A stretch of 64,000 bases of DNA from Candidatus Omnitrophota bacterium (GCA_015233405.1 JADFXT010000004.1:100470-164469), one strand, 5' to 3'; shown: positions 10,768 through 20,538, numbered from the stretch's first letter. Numbers and translations are program-made. The notes: generated by a model from the sequence alone, not told the origin.

Positions 10768-11186
10768 TGATTCTTTAATCTCAACAGATCGTTCCAGCCT
10801 TTAGCGACCAGCTTGTTATTTTTAAACACAAGCGGCATCAATTCTTCGTCGGAAATCAGGCCATCCGCTCTGACAAGGGAACTCAAATAATATAAAACCT
10901 GATAGGATTCTCCTCTGATTTCCAAAACTTCCACCCGATAGGGATTTTGAACCTCGATCGGCTGGAACTGGCTCGACGATAAATCTGATCTCTGATATCC
11001 TACAACGGCCCGGTCTTTAATAAGACCCGCGACCTCTTTGTCGGTCATCCCGATTTGAACAGCGCTAAAATCAGCAAACTTTTTTGACAGAGGGCCCGTT
11101 GAATTTAGAGAGCCGTCTCCAATGGTCATACAACCGCCCAAGCACAAACATAAAATGCTTAAACAAATTTTTTCGATATTTTTCAT
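10764..11186 (-). CDS. lipoprotein, SmpA/OmlA (BamE)-like
   Basis: I moved the start to the internal MKNIEK (ATG at 11186), which lies 1 nt after the upstream stop. It has the lipobox LCLGGC and a GMTDKEV motif as in BamE-like proteins. Confidence 0.5.
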   Translation of the reverse strand: MKNIEKICLSILCLCLGGCMTIGDGSLNSTGPLSKKFADFSAVQIGMTDKEVAGLIKDRAVVGYQRSDLSSSQFQPIEVQNPYRVEVLEIRGESYQVLYYLSSLVRADGLISDEELMPLVFKNNKLVAKGWNDLLRLKNQ

Positions 11187-11187
11187 A

Positions 11188-11667
11188 TCAATAAACTCTC
11201 CTGTCTTTTCTGTTAAGCCACACCTGAAAAACATCCACGCATTCTTTTCTTAAATAACCTTCTACAATATCCATCGAGCTGTCGCCCCATTTCTTAAGTT
11301 TTTTATTGGAAATAGCCAGCTCATGAAACCCAGCGGCTTGGGCATCCGAAATCTTAGCGCCATAAACAATCGTCGAGATATTGGCCCAGTGGCAAGCGCT
11401 AAAACACATCGGGCACGGCTCACACGTCGAATAGATGACGCTCCCCTTTAGATCAATCGACTTAATCTTCCGGCAGGCCTCCCGAATAGCATGGACCTCG
11501 GCATGGGACGTAATATCCGTCTCTTTCCAGACGGTATTATGCACGCAACTTAAAACTTTGCCATCTTTGACGATGCACGCCCCAAAAGGGGTTTGCCCTT
11601 TTCTAATGCCTTCTTTGGCCTTGGCAATGGCCAGACGCATATATTTTTCATCTAATTTTTGTTTCAT
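11188..11667 (-). CDS. CDA-fold nucleoside deaminase (guanine deaminase / TadA-like)
   Basis: It has the zinc motifs HAEVHAIREA and CEPCPMC. PFGACIVKDGKVL resembles Bacillus GuaD. Confidence 0.8.
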   Translation of the reverse strand: MKQKLDEKYMRLAIAKAKEGIRKGQTPFGACIVKDGKVLSCVHNTVWKETDITSHAEVHAIREACRKIKSIDLKGSVIYSTCEPCPMCFSACHWANISTIVYGAKISDAQAAGFHELAISNKKLKKWGDSSMDIVEGYLRKECVDVFQVWLNRKDRRVY

Positions 11668-11740
11668 AATCGTCCTTTAAAAAAAATTATTCTAACTTAA
11701 AACAAAATCAGAAACAAGCCAAATTCTTAGGATCATCGTC

Positions 11741-12454
11741 TTAAAATAACCGTGACAATAAAACATCAACCGCCGTCTCAACACGCAGAATTCTTTCTCC
11801 TAAGGTTACCGGCTTTATTCCCTGAGCTTTTAATGCCTCTACTTCAGAATCAATAAACCCGCCCTCGGGCCCGATGAAAAGCGTCACCGGCTTTTTCACA
11901 TGACGAGGACAGACGTCTTTTACATTGGGATGTGCGACCAGCGCAATCGTATTCTGGATCAGCTGCGGGACTTCTTTGGTGACGAAAGGCGTGAAATACC
12001 GTCGAAATGAAACTTCCGGCAAGACCGTATCGCGCGCCTGCTCCAATCCTAAAACCAGCTGCGCCTCCAGTTCCTCGCTTTTTAAGGCGGAGCTATTCCA
12101 GAAACTTTTCTCAACGCGCCAGGAATTAAAAAGGATCAACCGCCCGACGCCTAAGGTCGCGATGGTCGATAAAATCCTCTTGAGCATAATCGGACGCGGC
12201 AGCGCTAATGCCAATGTAACCGGTAATTTAGGCGGCGGGTCCTCTTGAAGAGAAATGTCCATTTCCAAAGCATGGGCATCCAAATGCGTGACGGTCCCAA
12301 AACCCATACGGCCATTGAGAAGCCCGACGGACAACGTGTCGTTGACCTGGGCTTTATGGATCTCAAGGACATGACCGTGCCGACGGCCCGTCAGACGGAC
12401 CTTGGTCGGTTGGCCTTTGATAAAATCACTTTTATAAAGAAGGATGAGGTTCAT
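11741..12454 (-). CDS. rsmE: 16S rRNA (uracil1498-N3)-methyltransferase
   Basis: 237 aa. It has the SPOUT C-terminal motifs IGPEGGF and LGERILRVETA. Confidence 0.85.
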   Translation of the reverse strand: MNLILLYKSDFIKGQPTKVRLTGRRHGHVLEIHKAQVNDTLSVGLLNGRMGFGTVTHLDAHALEMDISLQEDPPPKLPVTLALALPRPIMLKRILSTIATLGVGRLILFNSWRVEKSFWNSSALKSEELEAQLVLGLEQARDTVLPEVSFRRYFTPFVTKEVPQLIQNTIALVAHPNVKDVCPRHVKKPVTLFIGPEGGFIDSEVEALKAQGIKPVTLGERILRVETAVDVLLSRLF

Positions 12455-13970
12455 TGATGACTTTTAATACCGCGTCCGCCAGGTTCTCGGCAATCAGCTT
12501 ATTACCTAAAAAGGTGCAGTGCCCGAAATCGCCGGCAAAATTATCTGCAAAATAGGTCGTATACTCTTCACGTTTCAAGGCAGCTTGGAAATTGGTTTTA
12601 TTCTCGACGAAAACGATCTTAGGAAAATACCGGTTCGACTTTAAGATGTCCTTTAGCAATCCTATATTATGTAACGGATACTGCATGCCGATAAACTGGA
12701 TATGTCTTTTAAGAACATCCTCGACGATCTTATTGTAGGCATACGTCGTAAAATGACCTTTCCCCGTCCCAAAAGACACATAAGACCCGAGTTGTTTGCG
12801 ATAAAGTTCAGCGTCTTTCGGATTCCCCATTTTTTCTGACAGAGAGATTAGCCGCTCATACACCACGCGGTCGCGCACCAATCCTCGAATAGCTTTTAAT
12901 AAAACATCCTTTGCCTGCTGTAAATATCCATGTTCCTCTAACCAAAGGCTGGCCTCATGATAAATCGCGATATTTTTATAGTCCATGTAGGCCACATTGG
13001 CATAAAGGGCGCGCGCCTCCTGATTCCGTCCTAAGGCCGCGAAACAACGGGCCAATTCAATTTCCGCTATTTGAGGATGGCCAGGCAAAGAATCGATGCT
13101 TTGAAAAATTTCGAGCGCCTTCTGATAATATCCTTGCTCCCGATAACAACTCCCCAGCTCAGAATAAAAAAGCAAATTGTGCGGAAAAAATTTAATCGCC
13201 ATCTGAAAATATTTAGCTGCCTGGGCATAATCCTCACGATTCTTATAATATCGGCCGATGCTCGCCAAGATCCATGCCTGTTGCTTTTCAGCTTCTATAA
13301 TTTTCTGTTTGAAGATCTCTCTTTGATTTCCTTGCGGCTGGCGGGCATAAACGTCATTCCAATGGGAAAGGGCTATATCCGACTCTTTCAAAAGACTAAG
13401 CATCGTCTGAAGCTGTTGTTCTTGTGCCGTATCCTGTGAGGACTCTTGCCAATGAACACTGCTCATTCCCTGGCCCTTCCATTTCTCCTCGAGTCGTTCA
13501 GCTAAGAGTTTAAAAAATTTATAAACCCTCATATCTTGAAAGAAATCTTTAACCCTGGCCCAGAAGGTATTCGAAATTTCAGAATGCAAAGGATCGTTGA
13601 TGCCAATCATCCCGACGACAATATTGGGCCTATACGTATCAAGCCATCCCTCCAACTCGGCAAGGATTTTAAGGGAGGTGCTCGAGATCATTCCTTTATT
13701 AATCACGGTAAACTTTTTATCCGGCCTGCGCTGGTTTAAGATTTGCTGAAGCTGGGAAGGATATGAATCTCCGCCGCCTAAGGCCGTGGTGGATTCCCCT
13801 ACGCATAAAATACGAATTTCATTACTCGAGAACGACGTGGCGTTTCTTAAGTCGCGATGGACATTATAAAGCAGCCCGCCTAACCGCAACAGAATTTCCA
13901 ACAAGACCAGCATCACAATGATGCCAATAAAACCTAAAAAAATCTTTTGTTTTAGAGAAGTGTTTGACAT
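12432..13970 (-). CDS. membrane-anchored SGNH/GDSL-like hydrolase interrupted by TPR repeats
   Basis: It has an N-terminal TM helix, block I-like ILCVGESTT, block III-like GMIGINDP, a central run of TPR-like repeats (AxxYFxxAI...), and a C-terminal DFGH (block V DxxH-like). Confidence 0.5.
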   Translation of the reverse strand: MSNTSLKQKIFLGFIGIIVMLVLLEILLRLGGLLYNVHRDLRNATSFSSNEIRILCVGESTTALGGGDSYPSQLQQILNQRRPDKKFTVINKGMISSTSLKILAELEGWLDTYRPNIVVGMIGINDPLHSEISNTFWARVKDFFQDMRVYKFFKLLAERLEEKWKGQGMSSVHWQESSQDTAQEQQLQTMLSLLKESDIALSHWNDVYARQPQGNQREIFKQKIIEAEKQQAWILASIGRYYKNREDYAQAAKYFQMAIKFFPHNLLFYSELGSCYREQGYYQKALEIFQSIDSLPGHPQIAEIELARCFAALGRNQEARALYANVAYMDYKNIAIYHEASLWLEEHGYLQQAKDVLLKAIRGLVRDRVVYERLISLSEKMGNPKDAELYRKQLGSYVSFGTGKGHFTTYAYNKIVEDVLKRHIQFIGMQYPLHNIGLLKDILKSNRYFPKIVFVENKTNFQAALKREEYTTYFADNFAGDFGHCTFLGNKLIAENLADAVLKVINEPHPSL

Positions 13971-14025
13971 GGATGAAAAGAATTTCCTTTATAGAAAACC
14001 TCGAAAGAAGAGATTCGCGAAGGCT

Positions 14026-15183
14026 TTAGCGACCAGCTCTTTGATGTTCTTTCACTAGCTTAATAAAAACATGGAATGCGTTTCTTTGCTCGAAATTTTT
14101 AAGTAGCCGTACCGTCTCAATAGCGGCCCAAACTCCATAAACCCAAAGGATTTCCACTCGAATGCCCGGGATCAAGAATTGCACAAGCCATAGAACAAAT
14201 AATGCACTCGCCTCGAACAGTTGAAAATCCATACTGACCAGAAATAAAAATCCCAGATACGACTGGACGATCGTCAAAAGGATCTCCAATTTCTGATGGT
14301 CATCGAAAACAACGGCCGCGATCCGGCCCAACCCGAAAGAATAGATGAATGGGATCATCGCCACCAAGATCGTCCATTGATTGATCGACGACGAAACAAA
14401 ATTGATCAAGGCCATCGGCGCTTTATTGACTTTTCTCGCCCAGTGAAAGGCAGACAATTTTTCAGGAAATTCGCTTAAAAAAGGTGCGACCCATTGCACA
14501 AAGACAAATTGTGAAATCCCGAAAGACACGGCAAGGGCCAGCATGGAATTTAAAAAAGGATGGGCGGAAAAATATAAAATCACAGCACCTAAAATAAAAA
14601 AACAAACAATGCCGATGATATTGGCCGGACGCTTAAGCCTCATCACGGCCTTGGGGATACGGCCCAGATCTTCCATTTCCTCTTCATCGTGAGGCGGCAT
14701 CTTGGACAAAAGATACAAATAAACAAAATAAATCGCGCTTAAGATGATCCCGTCGAGAATATTAAGCGTTCCTTTAAAATAAATGACCAGAAAATAAAGC
14801 AGCGCCGGCAATAATGACAAGACCGCCACCGCATGTTCGTCCTCCAGCTTAATTGTCCATGACGCTCTCTGGCCGCGGCTTAACTTTGCAAAGAAAAAAG
14901 AAACAAAATAAACCATGGGCCAACCTAATCCAACAAATAGGCGTAACGAGCCGGTATAATTTGCCGTGACCAAATGGATCTTGGCGGGGTCTTTGGCGGC
15001 ATCAAGTGCGATCACGGCCTCGACGGCAAATTCCGGCAAGGTCTGAATCCATGCCAGGACCGCCAACGCCAGGCCTTGCGAAATAAAAAATTGGCCGCAT
15101 TCCGCTGCCCAAGCAATGAGCATGGCAGCCAAAATAATCGCCGGAAATGTCCATAAAGCGCTAAAAGATTCCATCATGCCCAA
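14026..15183 (-). CDS. polytopic membrane protein, Na+/Ca2+ exchanger (CaCA)-like
   Basis: 385 aa with about 10 TM helices. TLPEFAVEAVIAL resembles the CaCA alpha-repeat GxSxPE motif. The match is weak. Confidence 0.4.
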   Translation of the reverse strand: MGMMESFSALWTFPAIILAAMLIAWAAECGQFFISQGLALAVLAWIQTLPEFAVEAVIALDAAKDPAKIHLVTANYTGSLRLFVGLGWPMVYFVSFFFAKLSRGQRASWTIKLEDEHAVAVLSLLPALLYFLVIYFKGTLNILDGIILSAIYFVYLYLLSKMPPHDEEEMEDLGRIPKAVMRLKRPANIIGIVCFFILGAVILYFSAHPFLNSMLALAVSFGISQFVFVQWVAPFLSEFPEKLSAFHWARKVNKAPMALINFVSSSINQWTILVAMIPFIYSFGLGRIAAVVFDDHQKLEILLTIVQSYLGFLFLVSMDFQLFEASALFVLWLVQFLIPGIRVEILWVYGVWAAIETVRLLKNFEQRNAFHVFIKLVKEHQRAGR

Positions 15184-15237
15184 TAGTTTACCATTAAATT
15201 AATTTTTGTGAAAGAAAATGGAAAGATTGTTGAAGAG

Positions 15238-17358
15238 CTATGTCCCTGTTTTCTTAAAGGCGTTGCCGGATTCTTGTTCACTTAATATCATCAAGGGATC
15301 TTGAATAGGAACAATGTTAATGATCACGGGGGTAAATCCGGTAAAACCGTTCTGGATAACTTCGCGCACGGCTTTCTCATTAAATAGCGGCTGGATGCTG
15401 GCAGGTTTCCGTTTCATGTCAACGTTCTTCAGATCAATACCACCGACGTTGGAATCAGACGACATCGCCTTGTCCGGATTCTTTAAATCAACAGGCTGCG
15501 AATGGGGTCGGACTTCTTTTAATTTCTGCGCGATGATGGGTCGCAATTTTTCCGCCAGCGCATCGACCTGATTCTTAAGGGCTTCGGGGGTTGAATTGTT
15601 ATCAATGTGCTCCAGACGGCCGACATTATTAAACCGGGTAGAAACAAGATCATTCGCTGCCGTATCAACTCTTAATCGTTCCCGAAACGCCTTTTCTTTA
15701 TCCGCAGGATTCATGACCTTAGCTTCCGGTCTATCCGGCCGCGCTAAATTACGCTTAAGCGCCACTTCCGGGTCTATATCCACTTGAACCACGATAAGCG
15801 GCTCAAAACCCGCCGACCGAAAGGCCACTTCATGCAATCTTTGCCGTTCTTTGGTCATGGGATGATAATCAAAAATAAATCCGTTCTTAAACCGTTCGAA
15901 ATTTTCACGAAAATAAACTTTCTCAGCCTCAAAAACAGACTGCGGATCATTATTCAAACTCCCGTCGGGCTTTCTAGGAATTTTCCTTACAATATCATCG
16001 CCTGCCGACATCTTCGGGATTCCAAGCTTTTCAGCAAGCATCGGTCCGACAGTCCCTTTTCCCGATGATGGAATTCCCAAAAGCACGATCACCGGAATCC
16101 GCCCTGTCGGCACATCCAAAGGCTCAAGAGCGGGAAGATCATTTCCATTTATATTATCGTTCGCCGAATTGGCCTTAAGCGCCTGCCCCGAAGAGCCTGC
16201 TTGCTCAGGTGACCCTACGATCATCGCTAAATCTACCTTAAACTCCTTGCCTACGACATGACTCGCCGCGGCTGGATTCATCGTGTGGCTAAGAGAAATG
16301 CGCTGCATCCCGAAATCTTCAATCCCGCCGGAGAAATATTTTTTAGTCGCGATCTCTTGCTTAAGAGGATCGTAGGTTTCTTTGATATAATTTAATACGC
16401 CTTTTTTATAAGCCGAAATATACCGCTCGTAGATTTCTTCTTTAAGCTTCTTTTCATCAGAAGTAACACCAGTAATCTTGTTCTTCCCAACATAAGCTTG
16501 GGCAAGCAATGTATCTTTAATACGTTCGCGGTACCATTTAGCCAGGATGGCGGCGTGATAAATCTGACGGATGGCAGCAAAATTCTTGCCGGTATTAACT
16601 TCTTGTTCGATGGCGGGAAGAATCACTTCTCGCATCACAGTCTTTGTCATCTCAGTTTTCTCATCCAACACGACTTTTGACATACTTTTTTTCTGTGCTT
16701 CATGGTCGCTGTCTAACAAAACCTTTAACTTCGCCTCGGTGACATAAACAGCGTTATTTTTTTCAAACACCTCTGCCTTGTCCGGCATGATCCAAACTTT
16801 ATTGAAAATATCAACCGGAATATCCGTCATACCAAATTTTTTAGAAGCTTCTCTATAAACTTTATCCCAAAATTCTTTTCCTAAGCCATTTTCAGGGCCC
16901 ATTAAAGAGGCTGTCAATTGCTTGAGGATATAATCCTGGGCGAGCATATCACGGCCAAGCACGGTCTGCCCCAAATCTTTTTCAATAACACGATTCTTTT
17001 CATACGGGGAAAGATTGACCCACAACTGACTCTCAGGAACGGTAATCGCAGCCAGAAAATATTTTGCCATGCGCTGAGTCTGATCTTTGATCGTCGCTGA
17101 ATCCGTTTTATCATTTCCAGTGTCGACGATAAAATCAAAATTAAGCGGCTTGTCCGGATGGATGATCAATCCCTTGACCAGGACAGGCACAAAACCGGGG
17201 GAAATATTGACCATACTCCCCGGGGCAGGAAGCTGAGACACAAAAACGCTCTGCGCATAGCCGGGAACTATAGCTGTGCATATCAATGCGAGAATAGCTA
17301 CAACAGTGATAACTCGCCGAGCCAATCCTCTTTGCCTTTTAGGGACCATGTTGAGCAT
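15238..17358 (-). CDS. secreted hypothetical protein with an internal adenylate-kinase-like P-loop domain
   Basis: 706 aa. It has a signal peptide (...AIVPGYAQS). Residues around 440-600 contain LLGIPSSGKGTVGPMLAEKLGIPKMSAGD, which resembles the Adk GxPGxGKGT P-loop. Confidence 0.5.
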   Translation of the reverse strand: MLNMVPKRQRGLARRVITVVAILALICTAIVPGYAQSVFVSQLPAPGSMVNISPGFVPVLVKGLIIHPDKPLNFDFIVDTGNDKTDSATIKDQTQRMAKYFLAAITVPESQLWVNLSPYEKNRVIEKDLGQTVLGRDMLAQDYILKQLTASLMGPENGLGKEFWDKVYREASKKFGMTDIPVDIFNKVWIMPDKAEVFEKNNAVYVTEAKLKVLLDSDHEAQKKSMSKVVLDEKTEMTKTVMREVILPAIEQEVNTGKNFAAIRQIYHAAILAKWYRERIKDTLLAQAYVGKNKITGVTSDEKKLKEEIYERYISAYKKGVLNYIKETYDPLKQEIATKKYFSGGIEDFGMQRISLSHTMNPAAASHVVGKEFKVDLAMIVGSPEQAGSSGQALKANSANDNINGNDLPALEPLDVPTGRIPVIVLLGIPSSGKGTVGPMLAEKLGIPKMSAGDDIVRKIPRKPDGSLNNDPQSVFEAEKVYFRENFERFKNGFIFDYHPMTKERQRLHEVAFRSAGFEPLIVVQVDIDPEVALKRNLARPDRPEAKVMNPADKEKAFRERLRVDTAANDLVSTRFNNVGRLEHIDNNSTPEALKNQVDALAEKLRPIIAQKLKEVRPHSQPVDLKNPDKAMSSDSNVGGIDLKNVDMKRKPASIQPLFNEKAVREVIQNGFTGFTPVIINIVPIQDPLMILSEQESGNAFKKTGT

Positions 17359-17550
17359 GGATTTAAAATTTCCTTTTTTAAAAAATTAGTCTTTAGTGGC
17401 TGGATGAAAGACGGCTTCTCTGGCCCTCTTTCTTATAAGGAAAGGATAGCATATGTGCTGGAAAAAACAAATTTTCGTCTAATGATGATGGACTGGCGGA
17501 TTGAATCACATTAAATCTAACTTTACGGATTAGTTAGAATAATTAAACAA

Positions 17551-17699
17551 TCGTTTTTAGTGTGATAAGCGGACAAAATAGGCAAAATTATGTCTGTATT
17601 GCGCAAGTTTTGCCCGGTCTTTTGGGACTCGAAATTACACAACGTATTACTCTCTCAAAAGATAAAGATGTCTGTCTTCCCTGACCCGGACATCGGCGA
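17551..17699. repeat. copy A of a 140-150-bp imperfect direct repeat (GGACA/TGTCC-rich)
   Basis: It aligns with 19088-19226. Shared blocks are TCGTTTTTA..TAAGCGGACAAAAT..CCGGTCTTTT..ACA/GCAAC..ATGTC..CCCGGACATCG(G/A)CGA. Confidence 0.7.
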
Positions 17700-17734
17700 T
17701 ATTCAAATAAGAATTGGCTCGTCCTGAAATTATC

Positions 17735-18823
17735 TCACACAACGAATCGCTCATACTTCTTCACCAAACCATAGGCGCGCGCCCGATTGGACTCGTTGAG
17801 GACTTCCAGCCATCCGTCCTTGACCCATCCTTTGACGAGATTCCTTGCCATTCTGTCGGATAAACCAAGACTCTCGGAAATATCTTTAACAGTGATGCGG
17901 TTTTTCTTCGCAAATAAAGTAATAACGGTTCTAGCACGATGATCAAGACGCCGCCATTCCTCCGGCTCCAGCGATCCTTTTTTTCCTCCCATGCGTACGG
18001 CTTCATCACAAGCCCGCTGGAATACCTTAGCCAGTAGTTTAGCGAAATACTCCACCCAAGCGGTCAAATCAGCCTGAGCCCGGCCCTCATAATAATTATG
18101 GTGTTTGTGAACAGCCAACGCTTGATAATATCCCTCGAGATCCCGGGCATGATGTTCTTCCAATGAAAAAAAACCGTTCAATCCATAACCGTCGCGTTGA
18201 AGGATAAAAGTAGCAAGTAAGCGGGCCGTTCTTCCATTCCCGTCATAAAAGGGGTGAATGGTCACGAACTGGTAATGTAAAAGCGCTGCAATAATCGGCG
18301 GTGGAATGCCTTCCCTCTCCGCCTCTTTGACCCAGCGCACCATTGCTGACATGAGCGAAGTCACATCCTTGGCTTGAGGTGGCAAATAAACGATACCGCC
18401 GGAAGACGCATCTCGGATAACATTTTGCCCGTCACGATAAGCGCTTGGTTTTAATCGTTTTCCATTTTCCACCAGCGCATGAAGACGACAAATAAGATCC
18501 TCGCTGATATCTATTTTTTTCGCAGCCAAATCCTCGACTCTCAAGAGAGCATCCCAATAATTACGGACTTCATTAACGTCCCGCTCCCGGCCATGAAAAT
18601 GTGCCTTTTTTTGTTCGATGACTTTCTCGGCCTCTTTCAAGGTCAAACGATTGCCCTCAATACGCGTTGAATAATGGGTAGAACGGACACGGGCTTTATG
18701 CCGAAGTTCCGCTTGAATGGCAGGGGATAATGGGGTCTTCTCAACCACCGCCTTGGCGGCCTCGATATCCATTAAGGCCCGGGCAATAGAATGATTGAGC
18801 TGATAAACTGGCTTCCAAATCAT
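17735..18823 (-). CDS. fic: Fic family protein (AMPylase-type, class II with an N-terminal inhibitory motif) with a C-terminal winged helix
   Basis: It has the Fic motif HPFYDGNGRTARLL, the inhibitory motif STRIEGN ([ST]xxxE[GN]) at about residue 52, and a C-terminal wHTH-like ITVKDISESLGLSDRMARNLVKGWVKDGWL. Confidence 0.9.
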   Translation of the reverse strand: MIWKPVYQLNHSIARALMDIEAAKAVVEKTPLSPAIQAELRHKARVRSTHYSTRIEGNRLTLKEAEKVIEQKKAHFHGRERDVNEVRNYWDALLRVEDLAAKKIDISEDLICRLHALVENGKRLKPSAYRDGQNVIRDASSGGIVYLPPQAKDVTSLMSAMVRWVKEAEREGIPPPIIAALLHYQFVTIHPFYDGNGRTARLLATFILQRDGYGLNGFFSLEEHHARDLEGYYQALAVHKHHNYYEGRAQADLTAWVEYFAKLLAKVFQRACDEAVRMGGKKGSLEPEEWRRLDHRARTVITLFAKKNRITVKDISESLGLSDRMARNLVKGWVKDGWLEVLNESNRARAYGLVKKYERFVV

Positions 18824-18912
18824 ACAAGACTCCTTACAACAGGTTAAACAACTGCTTCAATTATACCTCGATTGCCGATAAACTGCCAATAAATTTCCGA
18901 TAAACTTCCCAT

Positions 18913-18950
18913 GAAAAAAGCCCTGCTAAAAGCAGGGCCTTGTTTTATTT
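18913..18950 (-). terminator. intrinsic terminator (proposed native tRNA-Glu terminator displaced by the island)
   Basis: The minus strand reads GGGCTACCA-AATAAAACAAG-GCCCTGCT-TTT-AGCAGGGC-TTTTTT. This is a perfect 8-bp stem plus a U-tract, 11 nt after the distal copy of the tRNA 3' end. Confidence 0.6.
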
Positions 18951-18958
18951 GGTAGCCC
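18950..18958. repeat. 9-bp direct repeat of the tRNA-Glu 3' end (candidate distal att junction)
   Basis: TGGTAGCCC here is identical to 38733-38741 (the tRNA-Glu 3' terminus on the plus strand). It lies at the GC/AT composition switch. It is short, so the support is only moderate. Confidence 0.4.
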
Positions 18959-19087
18959 TTAGCTGTAACAAACCAAGGACGAATCTCTTTGATAAGATAA
19001 ACGTATTATAGCCAGAATATTTTTTATATCAAGTAAATCTGGTTTTCAGAGATTGGATTCCTCGGCGACTTTCGGAGTGGTGATCCG

Positions 19088-19226
19088 TCGTTTTTACTAT
19101 CGTAAGCGGACAAAATGGCTGAAAATGTGTCCGTTTTGTCCGGTCTTTTACGAGGACATTTTACGCAACTCTTTAACACGCAAATGGTAACAAAATGTCC
19201 ACCTCTCCTACCCCGGACATCGACGA
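19088..19226. repeat. copy B of the 140-150-bp imperfect direct repeat
   Basis: See copy A. It contains the inverted pair CGGACAAAA (19107-19115) / TTTTGTCCG (19133-19141) and further GGACA/TGTCC copies. Confidence 0.7.
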
Positions 19227-19279
19227 AAAATAGGCTTTTTTAGCTGTTTTTAGATAATCTTTTTGCTATGCCGATATTC

Positions 19280-19897
19280 TTAATTTATCTTAAAACTTTC
19301 CCACTCCTTTACCCTTTTCCTAATAGCCTCAAGACCCTTATTAGCCAGATCAAATATCAGCTTAGAATTCAATTCAGCCTTTTCCCAACATTTTCTGTCA
19401 TTTATGTCCCCATATTGAAAATGTATAGAATGTAAGAGTGTTTGTTTCTCAAGTTCTTTTAGGATGAGATAAATTTCTTCTGGATAAAAAGGTTTAGCAT
19501 GTTCAACGGCATCATAAAATTTCTTTCCTATTTCGTATAATCTTTGTACACGAGTCTCTTTAATCTTCTCCTCTCGTACGCTTTGCACATCAACTATAGG
19601 CATAAGCAACTGCGCATAATCTCGCAACTCAACCAAATGTTTTGATAAAGTTAGAAGAATTTCGAACTCCTTCTCATAACGTCTTTGATGGATATATAAT
19701 TGGGATTGCAGTGATCCTTTCACAAACTCTACATCCTTAGTAATTTGACGAATATCTTCTTTTGTAGCAAGATGCTCCCCTTTCTTGCTAAAGTAGGCGC
19801 CTAAGAATGCGGCAAAACCCGTAACAACACAGAAACCTAAATATTGTAACCATTGCATAGCATTAACTTGTTGGAATTCTCGAGCTTCGGAAATCAT
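19280..19897 (-). CDS. hypothetical membrane-anchored helical protein
   Basis: 205 aa with one N-terminal TM helix (LGFCVVTGFAAFLGAYF) and then a charged helical region. It is the last gene of a four-gene co-directional cluster. Confidence 0.45.
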   Translation of the reverse strand: MISEAREFQQVNAMQWLQYLGFCVVTGFAAFLGAYFSKKGEHLATKEDIRQITKDVEFVKGSLQSQLYIHQRRYEKEFEILLTLSKHLVELRDYAQLLMPIVDVQSVREEKIKETRVQRLYEIGKKFYDAVEHAKPFYPEEIYLILKELEKQTLLHSIHFQYGDINDRKCWEKAELNSKLIFDLANKGLEAIRKRVKEWESFKIN

Positions 19898-19914
19898 ATC
19901 TCTCCTCCATCTGG

Positions 19915-20538
19915 TTATTTTTCCTTTTCTGGGGGCCGCATTAATATCTGATCACCATTTTGGACTTCTTTTAGGCAATCTTCTTTATAGGCCTTATATG
20001 CCACTTCCGCGAGGATTTCAATAACCTTATCCATTCTTTCAGCCATATCATCAAACATTAGCTGAACATAATGCTTAGGCGCTCTCATGGTGCAATTATA
20101 CTGAATGCTGTCATCCTTTCTTGGTTCTTCTGTCTTCGGCAGATCTTGTTTTTTCTTTCGGCCCTTAGGAGGAGAATCTAATTTACAAGTCATAGAATGA
20201 AGAACTGTAACTTCAATTTCTTCACCCGTTAGACTTCCTAAATAATTCTGGAATTCCTGCCGGCTGTGCTTTGAGCAATAGAACTTCTTACCTGAAACCG
20301 CCAGTTCCCCTATAAAAAGTTTATCTCCCTCGTCTTGAGCAACCCAGAGGAAACCTTTTAGACCGTTTTCTAATGTCACTTCTTGCTTCTGACCAGGCTT
20401 AGGTTTAGGCGTGAATCTTGGAGCCACCTCTTTATCTTTGGTAATGCAGACTGGGCATTTGGCCTTGATCTCGACGGGATTATCAAATGGTTCTTGCTCT
20501 CCTAGGATCATCTTGCAATGAGTACAAATTATTTTCAT
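19915..20538 (-). CDS. hypothetical zinc-ribbon protein
   Basis: 207 aa. The N-terminus has CTHC-x20-CPVC (a four-Cys ribbon) and there is a basic K/R-rich linker. No family recognised. Confidence 0.45.
   Translation of the reverse strand: MKIICTHCKMILGEQEPFDNPVEIKAKCPVCITKDKEVAPRFTPKPKPGQKQEVTLENGLKGFLWVAQDEGDKLFIGELAVSGKKFYCSKHSRQEFQNYLGSLTGEEIEVTVLHSMTCKLDSPPKGRKKKQDLPKTEEPRKDDSIQYNCTMRAPKHYVQLMFDDMAERMDKVIEILAEVAYKAYKEDCLKEVQNGDQILMRPPEKEK

Noticed and set aside
18866-18906. Paired ATAAACT motifs (CCGATAAACT twice here, and YATAAACTAC twice at about 38508-38535 near the other island end) as recombinase or arm-type sites.
   Set aside because: The motifs are a short, AT-rich 7-mer. The first pair lies outside the proposed island boundary, so support is insufficient.
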